DNA of 63,989 nucleotides, the filler included, from Basidioascus undulatus (lineage: Eukaryota), in assembly GCA_000826855.1 (NCBI GenBank). It is 5 parts of 5 records of this genome, joined end to end, with 100 filler letters (N's around TTAATTAATTAA, not from the genome) between each part and the next. Parts side by side here need not be neighbours in the genome. Positions count along the whole stretch, not along the records: positions 46,867 to 55,554 come from JTLS01001350.1; positions 55,655 to 63,989 come from JTLS01001402.1; 3 more parts are not named here. One strand, given 5' to 3'. Both the position numbers and the translations under genes were made by a program. The first letter of the stretch is position 1; every line of letters starts with the position of its first letter. Under the pieces are notes generated by a model. The model had not been told where the DNA came from, did no database searches, and saw only the letters and a program-made list of their open reading frames with translations. Of this stretch, positions 50,907-62,018 are shown one piece after another.

Positions 50907-52983
50907 GTTGAGTTGATTGCGTGGGGAGCGGGTGGATTTGATAACGTCGCAGAGACTTTTGCGTAATGGTTTGAAGAGCTTTGGAGAATGCTGACTGATG
51001 GAGCTTTCTCACCGCCGAAAGCTGGCCTTTTGAACCGGGGATGTGACAGCGATCCGCACTTGACGCAGCTGAGCTGTTACCGCCGTCTGTGGCACCAGGT
51101 TGTCCCGCTGCTTGACTTTTTTAAGACATCCATAGCGACTGCTATTTACGCCCGCATGAAACAGGCTGTCGCATGTGCACTATCTCGTGAACCAAATGCT
51201 GCCGTTGCTTATCGTTCGCTCATCTAGGCGTCTTCATGTAGACTGCGAAGCTACGGCAGGCACCGCGCACGGAGCCATGGGACCTGCGGGTGGTGGAGAC
51301 AAGTTGTGCAATTTTTATGATATGCCGTGTATCGGAGCGCTTCAAAAATGGTTGCCAGGAGTGAGATCTTACGCAAGCCAGTCGCGTCGCCGGAGGCGAT
51401 TCGCGGTACGAGAGCTTTCGCTCGCTGACCTGGACCAGCTTTTCAGTATGCATACCAGAGCAAGTGACTTATTTACGGCTGTTTTCTGTGCTTTCAAAGA
51501 CCTTATACTACACCACGACCATTTGATTTGGTCTCCCTTATGCAATCCTCCTGTTGGCCTAGCTTTCACGCACAGAGTTGCACACGGGACGCAATCCGCA
51601 ACACCGGGAACATGACAGCTAATGGCCATTCTTGCCGTGCATGGAAATACTTCTTGGTGGAAAACCAAAAATTAGTATTCTCTGGGCTGGAGTAAGGCGG
51701 CTTGTCCAAGTACGACGCAAGCGAGTAGCCCTTCGGTCCGTGCTGGAGCAAGGGCATGCAGCATCGAAATGAAGGAATGAATTGCAAAGCTTGCTGTCGA
51801 GAAGCGGCTTGGAAGTCCTTCATAACTCAGAATAATAAGCATACAGAAACATTAGACAGTCACATATCCGAGTTTTGATGGTCACGAAAGCTAGCACTGT
51901 GGACAGTGGTAATTGGATGTTCCAAGGCAAAAGCTTCGCTTTCTGGCGGAGTCCGTCTTGAATTGGGCGTTAAACTTCTAAATGCACACCCATAACTTAG
52001 GGTTGGTGCGCTGATTGGATGTTCCAATCCGGACGAAAAATTGCATGCCAACATTAAGGGGACTCACGGTACGGCCTCATCCTTCGGAAAGCTGTTTCAA
52101 GCTCTTCGATTGGATTTTTCAGAGCTCTCTCCCTTCAGCAATCTCAAAGTTCTCCAGAGCCAGCCCTGAACAATAGGCGGTTAAAACACCTTTCGACCCC
52201 ATTCCCTTCCTTCCCTTTACCATCACCGCCACTCCACTCACTCAATCCCTCTGCTCCATCACCTCAGCCTCCTTACATCCACCGCCCTAACTCCTCCTCC
52301 CTTATAGGCACTACACACAGAGCTCCTCTTATCGGTTGGACGGTTCCAGTTAGTCCCTACTTCCCTGATTTGCTTCTCCTACAGTATATGGGCTCTTGGA
52401 TGACCAGTGCGGGTTGTACGCTGTGGCGGTTCTCCGCTGCCTTTTTACCTTGCTGTTCAGGTCATCTTCTTTTGCCTACATTAGTAAGTCTTGAATGTGC
52501 GCTATATACGCTTTGTATTTTGTACTGAAAATGACTTGTTTATCTACTTTCCCCAGAGTTTGAGGCCTTCTGGAGTACGCTTGCGCAGAGTCCTTTACAC
52601 CGTCTCTTGTGCTCCTTATGGCTGTCAAAACCCATCCATGAATGAATTCTTGGTTTTCTACATGTATTTCCTCGCCTAAATCCGAAAGAAAAGCAAAACT
52701 TTGCAAGCTGCAATGCACCAAAAAAAAAACACATTCGGTAATCAGACGATTCAGCTGAGGGGATTGAATGTGACACACTTTCTTGTTTGAGTTATTCAAC
52801 TGCAGGCTGTTCTATTCGATATAAGGCCTTGGAGATTCCGGTTTGCAAGCTCGGATGTGCCAACCTGTAGCTTCATAACATTAGAATTCGGCAGAGTGAC
52901 ATGGCCAGCAGCTCGGGGTCATCAAAGGTCACAGTGCAAAGAAAGCTGGCATAGATACAGGCAGTTTTTAAAGAAAAGTTTTG

Positions 52984-53853
52984 TCAGAGCAGGAGACTTG
53001 CAGTATCTCGAAGTTGGGGTGTGCCGCAAGTAAGGGCTGCCACCAAGGACACTGGGTTGATCTGCACTGCACTCCACCAGGGATTGCCAAAGTGCTTGAG
53101 CATGTGCAAACCTGGAAGCTTGTCGCAGATCAGTATTGGTAGATCCCCCTCTATGCTGAATACCTCAAGTGATCTGAGGGTTTGTGCATTACACCAATTC
53201 AAGGGGACCAGACCTTCCACATTGATTGCAGGTCTGCCCATGCCAATGACCAGCTCCTCTAGACCTCTGTCCAAGGTAGGACCGGCAGGCCAACCTGATC
53301 AGCACATGCTGTTGACATCAAGTGATCTGAGCGACAGTGAGGCTGCAACAGTGAGTGTGAGTGGGTTGGGCAAGGGACAGAGTCGACAGTGGTCACCCTG
53401 AGCATGCAGTGCAATGTGCGAGAGCTTCGGGACAGCATGGATGACAGCACAGGACTCCATCAACACATAAAGCCCTGGGAGTGTCAAAGGATGATGGACT
53501 GGGATGAGAGCATGAGGCACCTGCAAGAACCAGGCAGAGTTAGCGACTCAGGCAGGGATGAAAAGGGCATAAATGATGAACCGGAGACAAGGCACACAGC
53601 CCCATCTGCCCTCTATGATGCACTGTAGGTCCTCATGGTGGGACTGGTACACGAGAAGATGGAGGATGTGGAAGTTGCAGAAGAGCTCATGCCGAGTGAC
53701 GCCCGACACGGCACAGGAGACAAGCGCGAGATTCTTCAGAGTAGTCAGTGACAGGAAAAGCGCAATATTTGAAAGTAGCTCATTTGGCAGGCTTGTGAGG
53801 AAGGTGGATGAGAGCCTTGTCTGGCGAGCTGAGGGATCAGGCTGCGAGAACAT
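52984..53853 (-). pseudogene. F-box-like gene relic, CpG-depleted
   Basis: LTSLPNELLSNIALFL..LKNLALVS; fragmented ORFs; CG scarce, with excess TG/CA. Confidence 0.6.
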
Positions 53854-54518
53854 GGTGGGCGGAGACAACAGGGAGAGAAGCAAGCCATCAGTGGATGATG
53901 CACCTGAGAAGAGCGAGTGTAAAGTTTTCACAGGTGCTGAGCCTTTACAGAAAAATGTACAAAGTGTCATTATGCTGTGGTAGGCTGCTGGTTGTGGGCG
54001 ATGGTGCTGGTGAGACTCTTGTGCATGCTAGAGAACGACGCCATCTGACCTGAAAGGATTTCTGTCAAAATTGTCAAGTGGAAGGAAGAGGAGCAGGATG
54101 CAATGAAGCAGTCTATAGTGAGTGACAGACTCTGAGTATGTACTGCAGCAGGGACAGGACCTTTGAAGGCATTACAGGCCAGAACAAGTAGACTGAGAAT
54201 CTGCAAAACTAATTAGTAAAGCAGGTAGGTATTGGGAGTGCTGAATATCATCTCATTCAGGCACCTGAAGACAAGGCAGTGCAGCTTGTAAGGTTGTCAA
54301 TATTGCCCCAGATAGATAAGCGAGAAAGGTCTACTGCTGTTCATGTGAGGCAAAGGGAGGGGGGCATGAAGGCATGGAATATGATTGAGCATGTGCAGTG
54401 GAAAGAAGAGTCTACTTAAATTGGCACATTGCTGATATAGACAGTCCAGGATGCCCAATCAGTCCTTTCTGTCACATCCCATCCATTAGTAAATACTGCC
54501 CACAAATGTGTCCCTTTC

Positions 54519-55554
54519 CTATCGTGCAGGAGCATCGTCCTCTTCAGCCCGATCCCACCCCCTGAACCTTCTCGGTTCCACAACCCAGGCACATGCCACA
54601 ACCTCCTGCTCCTGCTCCTTCTCCCTCTCAAGCTCCACCCCCATCCCCTCCACGCGCTGCACTGCCCTGCGCACACTCCGCCTGTTGGCAGTGAGGACTG
54701 TCCATCCTCGTTCAGCGCCGGCAAGGAGGGTGCGGTAGGTATGGTTTGCATGTGTGTCAGGCGAGGAGGGGGAAGAGAGGAGGGAGATGAGTGTGTGCTG
54801 GAAGAGGTGGTGGAAAGGGAGTGGGGGTGAGGCAGGGGTTGGTGCTGGAGGTGTGGGACGGGCAGTTGGGGGGGGGAGGCGCTTGACTGGGATGCCGGGG
54901 AGTGCAGTGGGCAGGTAGATGCTCCCCTCCCAGAACGATGCACTGTCGGGTGCAGAATCCCCAAAATCGAACAGCCCCCGCAAACGCGTGTGCTCGAGTG
55001 ACCCGCCCACGGCGTGTACGACACCCCTGCACTTCTGTGCTACTTCTTCAGTGGTCCAGAACTGGGTGGAGGATGAGAGGCGGCGCGCGAGGAAGGGGAT
55101 GAGGGGGTCGTGTGTGAGTGGGGCGGGTGGGAAGGACGGGGAGGGGTGCGGGACTGCGTGTGGGGAATTAGAGGGGAGGTGCGACGAGGTGGAGAGCAGG
55201 CGGAGGAGGAGGGAGAGGTCGAGGACTATATTTTCTGTTGGGACGAGTTGTGGGAGCGGGGGAGTGGGCGGGTTTGTGGGAGGGGTGGGTGGCGGCCCAG
55301 GGAGGCCGAAGGAGAGGGGAATGTTGAGGTGGGAAAGGAGGGAGGCGGTGTCGGGGTGGAGAGGGGCGCGCTCGAGGCGCGGGAAGAAGAGGTGGATTGA
55401 GGGATTTTACGGGTGGGATTGGGCGGCGGACAGGAGGGAGGAGGATAGGCGGAGAAGAGAGTGCTGCGAGGTGGTGGTGGTGGAGGACGAGGTTGAGGAG
55501 GAGGAAGAGGTTTCGGTGGAAGCGGAGGGGGCGGAGACCTAGAGCAGGAAGGAT
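54519..55554 (-). pseudogene. DUF1308/UPF0415 (C7orf25)-like gene with an in-frame stop; 5' part in gap
   Basis: NIVLDLSLLLRLLSTSSH, QFWTTEEV, TLLAGAERGWTVLTANRRSVR, AWVVEPR match my recollection of the family; TAA at 55407-55409 is in frame. Confidence 0.6.
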
Positions 55555-55654
55555 NNNNNNNNNNNNNNNNNNNNNNNNNNNNNNNNNNNNNNNNNNNNTT
55601 AATTAATTAANNNNNNNNNNNNNNNNNNNNNNNNNNNNNNNNNNNNNNNNNNNN
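55555..55654. other. Assembly gap spacer
   Basis: N..TTAATTAATTAA..N linker. Confidence 0.98.
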
Positions 55655-55759
55655 GTTTTGCGGCAATGCATATGTGGATCCTCGTAAAGTGGATCTGTTT
55701 TATTTGTTTTTCATCGGATTTATTGTATACAGTTCTGCGGCAATGCATATGTCATACGG

Positions 55760-56780
55760 TATTAGACTTAAGACAGGGGTGCAGAAGAGACGGGGGCAAG
55801 GTTAAGGGTGGTAGGAAAGCAGGGGTCGACTGGATGAAGACATATGAAAGAGGTTCTCGTTGCAAGGCCAGGTGGGGAGTGGGGCCACGCAGCACTACTA
55901 TCGACAAGGCTAAAGGCCAGGACCATTTGGAGAGGGGAGCAACGAGCGGCAGGGTGCGCGACGTCCTGCGGCTGGAAGTACTGGGTGGAGGGTGCACTAC
56001 GCTGTCCCCGTGGCAATGCCGTCGTCCGGGGATTGAAGGGGGAACCGGTCAGTAGCCTTGATGAAGGAAACGATTGCCTGGGCTGCTTTCGGGTGGGAGA
56101 GAAGGACCTGAGTGCGAAGGGAAGGCGAAGGGATAAGATCTTGTTACGTAGTGTGCGATGCGCTGCGTCCGGAAACGCTTGCAGTGGAGGAGGTAGTGAT
56201 CGACCTTCTCCGACTTTCTGCAGACCGGGCAGCCTTGGCTGTCGACGTGCTTGAACCTGTGTAAGGAGTGACGCAATCCGTGTGGCGGGAACGGAGTTGA
56301 GCGAGGATTGCAGCGTGAACGCGAGGGAACATAGAGAGCATCTTCAGAACTTGGCGTGACGTCGGGAAACAGCGGAGCCGTTAGAAGTGCGGGAGAGAGT
56401 AGGAGGGGAAGGGGGTAGACACAGGATCATACAGGCTTGACTGGATTAGATGGAGGGAGGGAGAGTGCGCAGGTAGGGAGGACGCGATTTTGTAGTCGAG
56501 TCTCGAGAGCGTCGAGGTGAGGTCAGTATCGTAGTGAAGCGAATCGCGTGAGTGGGGTCGTCGGAAGGTGCTGAGCATGATGCGCATGGTAAAATTTTGG
56601 ACTCTCGAGAGGCTGTAGACTGCGCACGTGTGGCAGCCAAACTTGCGCCAGACTACAGCGGCATAATCGCAGTGCGCGTTGATGACAATGACGAAAGCCT
56701 GCGGAACTGAGCAAGAGGGATGCCCCAGGTGGTACAGGAGAGCGGTGCGAGCGTCATGAGCGTCGATTTCAGCTACCTTG
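55760..56780 (-). mobile_element. Degenerate 3' fragment of a Tad-like non-LTR retrotransposon
   Basis: Post-RT motif DYAAVVW..LSRVQ..RIMLSTFR; AILAQLRSRH..LHRFK..CPVCRKSEKVDHYLLHCKRF (C-terminal CCHC finger); frameshifts; RT and RNase H absent. Confidence 0.85.
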
Positions 56781-57264
56781 GCTGTACACTCCTTGACGAG
56801 GCATCCAGTTGCACCAGATGAGGTGACTGAGCCGGAGTCAATATCTCGTCCTATAAAACCAGTATTCCCTCCTTCCGTTCCAACGACCATCTTCCACATG
56901 GACCACACCTATCATACGAAACACCAACACATACAGGACACCAAGGCAAGAAGTACAGGCGTGGGACATACGAGTAAGACACATACCACATTAGACACCA
57001 CAACCCCCCACAACACCAGGGCAGGGCACATAGGCATGGTACATACAAGGGAAGGCATACACAGCACACTACGTCACATAGTCACAGAGCTAAGGCGGGT
57101 CATACGAGGCACACATGTAGCATGGATTTGTGGGGGGGTGTTGGTGGGGGGCGGAAGTCCCATCGGAAGGGTGCCAGGCACTAAGAGCTGGATTTTAAAG
57201 AGGGACAGGCTCGGAAATATAATAACAATATGGCTAGCATGGAGCTGCCGTGGTGGACCGTGGC

Positions 57265-58182
57265 CTAGCCGACCCATAGAGTCGCACCACTGGGTACCAT
57301 GTTCCTCTCAGCGCCATTGAAGTCGGAGCACCATGACCACTTGAGACACAGAAGGCCGCCCCTGACCAGGCACATAAGGAACAGCTGGTCAGGAGAGTAG
57401 GTGCCCACCGTCGTGCCGGCTGCATGCGTGTTGTCGAGGTAGCCGTCTAGTGGCGCGGTCACTGCCTCTTTCCACCACCCGAACCAATCGCTAACGGTGG
57501 CGGCATTGACGTAGTCCATAGGTGGCTGCCTGCGGCCAGCTAACTCGCGCTCAACCGCCATCATGGCCTTGCAGAGCTCTCCTGCAAGCGCTCGACGGTC
57601 GCGATCCTTCCCCCTCCCGGTGTTTTCTCCTGCTGCGTCGCCAGGGACCAGGGGAGGCAGAAGCTCCAACACCTCGTCCAAGGCCGCTAGCCGCAGGTTA
57701 TCGCGGCCTCGGTTGAGGGTACAGAATGCCACGATGTATGCCCGGACCTCCATTGGCTCACGCTTTAGAAGACACACTGCCTCTTGCGTCTTCTCTATCT
57801 CGCCGCTCGACAGGGCCTCCCACAGCTTCCTGCAGGGGGAGTCGAGGTGCCTCCCGATGTTTTGCCGGGGGTCCCTGTCCCCGGTCACCAGGCACATGCT
57901 AGATTCGAAAGCATCGCGCGCTTCGTCCTTACTCACGAACAGTAACACACGGGGAACTACCGCGGGGCCCTTGTGCGCCCCTACGGATGGGCCCTCCGCG
58001 ACCGCGAGTAGCGTGCAGGGCCGCTCGGGCCTACCCTGGGGATTAATCCACCCCTCCCATGTCTTCCTCGAGGCGGCGGCATTGTGCAGGGTCCGCCAGG
58101 GGTCCCAACCTTCCCGTACCCAGCCCTTGTACGGGAGCCGTTTGTCCTCGTGGGCCGGAAGGTAGTGTATCACGGTACCCAT
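57265..58182 (-). CDS. Intronless 305-aa hypothetical protein
   Basis: Uninterrupted non-repetitive ORF; C-terminal LFLMCLVRGGLLCLKW loosely resembles C-termini of modin-like proteins. Confidence 0.55.
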   Translation of the reverse strand: MGTVIHYLPAHEDKRLPYKGWVREGWDPWRTLHNAAASRKTWEGWINPQGRPERPCTLLAVAEGPSVGAHKGPAVVPRVLLFVSKDEARDAFESSMCLVTGDRDPRQNIGRHLDSPCRKLWEALSSGEIEKTQEAVCLLKREPMEVRAYIVAFCTLNRGRDNLRLAALDEVLELLPPLVPGDAAGENTGRGKDRDRRALAGELCKAMMAVERELAGRRQPPMDYVNAATVSDWFGWWKEAVTAPLDGYLDNTHAAGTTVGTYSPDQLFLMCLVRGGLLCLKWSWCSDFNGAERNMVPSGATLWVG

Positions 58183-59294
58183 AGCCGGGTGGGGCGAGGA
58201 CTCGACGCTAGACTACAATGATGGGTGTGGAAAACCGAAGCGTGGAAGATGACACAACCATTGCTAGCCGTATCGAGTTAGGTGACCTCATATTTATCCG
58301 CAAAGGTGCATATGAAGGGGTCGGTCTGCATAGTGTTCGGTTGCGTGCACGGCCACGTCCACGGAATCACAAGCACAACCAACCATCACGCGGACTACGA
58401 TGTTCCCGTTCCGCGCTTTCACTGAGCTACGGAGCATATTGTCAAGAAAGCGAAGCGCGTTGAATCAAAGAGACACTGGACGTCCATTACTGATGCCTTG
58501 CTGGTTGACCTTCAGCGAAACTCTCTGTTCTCGGCTCAAACAAATGAGCTTGACTATAAAGCCGCCTGGACAGGATGCGGAGGTGCAGGTAGAAAGCAAC
58601 GAACACCACGAGAGTCATGAAATGAGGACTGAACAGAACAGAACCTGACACGTGCAAGCGATTGGTCCAAACCCCCAATACTGGTCTGTTCATGCGACAA
58701 AGCCGAGCTGCAAGACACTACAGACCTCCCGCTACTTCCTCACCACGTTAAAGGATGCCGATGAATCATATGTATTCAGAGCTCAACTGCCGTCCATCAA
58801 GTCCACTAGGTTGTTTCCGCAGTTTTTTCGTGGGGCAGCGGACAGTGGCACGTTACATAACGACACCACCTTCACTCTCTTTAATCTTTCCCTTTTGCCT
58901 TCCTCGCTCCTGAACCGTCGCTCAGTTCTCTTCAGCTTGTATCTGTACGAAGACCCATATCAAACTATCTTCCAGTTGGAGCTGAACAATGTCCGTCCTG
59001 TCTTTCTGGTATACACTGAACATGCCCTGGTTGACACTTGTGCCAGATACATCAACAACTGCACAACTTCTGAACATCAAAACGAGACCTGTATCTCCAA
59101 CCCAGTGTCATCTTGCCGAGGTATTACAGCCGAATGATCCCTGTGCGATCCTCGCTCACAATACGTTTCGGTAGTCTCCGTTTCGCAGCTAGTCGCTGGG
59201 ACTTCTCCATCTTGACCCATCATCTCGGCAAAACCTTAGGACATAAAATTTTTGGCGTGCCGATCCTACACAAAGCTGCACGCCCAGAGACGGA

Positions 59295-60290
59295 ATGGTA
59301 CCCGGGGATGTGGCGGGCGTGGTGGGCGCCATATTCGGCGGCATCGCATTCATAATGACCTTACTACAGATTGCGCAGGGCTGGCTCTCCTCCTCTACCG
59401 ACCGGAGGAAGTGCGACGAGGAGGTGTATGGCCCTCTGGCCGGACCACGATCCTTCTGCCCCTGGCTGTTCCTGCCAAAGCAGCAGACCGGGTGGAGGAA
59501 GCCCCGCTGGAGCTTCAGGTTCGAGATCCGGTACAGGACTCCCCTACTCAAGGACGCCGAAACCCCTTCCGGATGCGAGTGGGATCGCGAGGTCTTTTGA
59601 GGCGAGCCTGGAGAATATGCCCAAGATAGCCTCGTGGTACATCCTCATGCGATCCGCATACCGCACACGGGCCTATACGTTAATGAACATTGAGCGGTGC
59701 AGTGGTTCTATGGACTCATTTCCCTCGGACCTGCCCGCCGTCATGGCCCAGACCATCTTAAACGGCCTGCTGGCTGTCGCCATCTCGGAGGGCATGGACT
59801 GCTCACCATGGTCGCAGGGCAAAAACCTCTTCACGGTGAGTCAGTCAGTGCTGCAAGAAGCGGTCCGCGAAACGACTTTACGGGGGCCGCTCCAGGCCCT
59901 GCAGTGGTGCCCCGCAAGGTCCTGTTCAGGAACCGAAGCGAGGCGCACCACGTTTCTCTTTCCATCATGGAGCTCGTTGTCGGCCACAAGGCCCATGATC
60001 AACGCGCTATCGCCGCCAGCCACAAAGAGCTCTTGCGGGCACTGGGGATCGCCGCTGAGAGGGAGGCCACGGATCTGCTGGGTACTCTAAAACCCCAATC
60101 ACCGCTTAATTGGAGGAGTGGCGCGGATTGACGATACTCTGGCTCGAATGCCCGGATTGCAGCGCATTGTGATTGCGATCCAATTTATTATACCCATTTT
60201 TGCCGCAAGGCGTATGGCGGACAGTGGTACTCAAGGACGTGCGAAAGACGCGGGGCGTCGTCAATGAGGGAAGTGCGGAATCGGTGTAGA
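59295..60290 (+). pseudogene. Modin (MOD-A)-like gene, frameshifted
   Basis: N-terminal TM helix then TLLQIAQGWLSSSTDRRKCDEEVYGP..RWSFRFEIRYRTP, ASWYILM, SMDSFPSDLPAVMAQT; frame changes near 59560 and 59910. Confidence 0.6.
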
Positions 60291-62018
60291 AAGAGGGGGG
60301 GGTTGAAACAGGTCTACTCAAAGCAATACAAAGAAACAGGGTTTCTACTGAAAGACTATAAAGGGTAGGGCTACCACGTAGACGTATCTAATTCTGCGAG
60401 ACTGCCTGGATTGGGGCAGAAGGAGGAGCAACGAGCGGAGCGATTGAGCGACCGCGCGCCCTTCCCCAACCCGTTCCCGCACAACTCCTCCCGCACCGGG
60501 GACGCCGCGGTGAACCCGTACCTGCTCTTGCTCAATGCTGCCTCGAAGCTGCGTACGGTGCCCGTATCAGCAGACGAGAGGGTTATATGTCTCATGAACA
60601 ACCATCGGGAGCTCGAGGATCTTTCTACTGGTGGCCAAAGGGCCTCAAGCCGGACAGCCTGAGCGCTTTCACCGTGCGCACTCTTCCCTTCTCACCAGCC
60701 CCAGCCTCACCGGCTATCCACCTTCTCTTTATAATTGATACTGATGCTCAAACTCCCATATAGCTCCTTCAAGACGCGCTGCATCTTCGTCCTCCCCTCG
60801 CAGTTCTCGCAAGCGAGCACGCAAGGAACGTTTCGGCACGGTGTCGCTTGATCCAAGAAAGATCCGGCAGATCGAGGACTGGCGGGGGAGCGTGAGCGGC
60901 GCCTGGGAGGATACGGGGGAGATTTGAGGTTTCCGACCGGGCTGGGGGAGGGAAGGCGCAGTAACTTATGTATCTACGTGTTCGGCATCGCCTTTCTGAA
61001 CCACGCATGCGCGTGGACTCTTTCGCCAAGGCTGCAGATGGCTCTGTATAGACTGCTTCCGTGTTAGGTTCTCTTCCATATGCTTTCAGGAGCTCCAGTT
61101 CCCTGACCACCTGTGCCTCGGGGACGCTGCGAGCGTGTTCTCTTGAGCTCCGCTGAGGTCCGGTTTCTTCTAGTATCCAGCTCCTCGTTAAACATTAGAT
61201 AGTCAATCGGCCTGGTAACTAAACTACGCTGGATTGTAACCGGTGGTCCTAGGCCAACCAAAACGGCTGGCGAAAGGGTATGCCGCGCTGCTCGAACGTA
61301 GGAAGGAGCGTCTACTCATCTTAGCGTTCCGTGTGCATGTCAGAAGCGCTTTTCTCTCCGGCTACCCCAGTTAAGGTCTATGTCTTATAGAGATCGAAAG
61401 CCTGTATCATTACGCAGTAAACACGTTATATTGGGCGCCAGCAGCTACCGACAGCTGCACGCCTGAAGAGGAGACTCATGGCTCAAGACCTGCTGGCTAA
61501 TGGATCATGCTCCATCCTGAAAAAAAAAAACCGCGATTGAATCGATCTCCTGTCCTGCTAACTCTACCAGGATCACGTTTCAGCCTGCGCTCCGAATCTG
61601 AGTACGGAGGACACTGCTGAGCCTCTGCCAGCGGTGTTGCTTAGCCCCTGACTTACCCCTTGTATGGCTCCTTCCCTCCTTCAAATATGAGAACCAGAGA
61701 ACCTTTCGTAACAGGTAAGGTGTAGCCGCCTGCATGCGAGCTTGTGGCATTTGTTCGCACCATTCGAAGTCGTACTCACTGCCCACTTCCCACAGTCGAG
61801 GCATGAGCTTGAGAATATACCGCAACGAGTCCCGCATATCAGATAATACAGCAGTTTCGTGTTTCTGTCGCTCGAGGGGGCTGCCCAGCGTGTGTGTGTT
61901 ATAGAGCCTCGAGGACCTGAAGCTCAGACTGCCTGCCAACGCGACGTTGAAGAGACTGATAAATGCAACACAGTGCCATCAGATGCCAAAAAGCAATTGT
62001 TCCTCAGCGCATTCCACC

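Noticed and set aside
60400..61940. Coding-like fragments
   Set aside because: No assignable homology; possibly relics, but unsupported.
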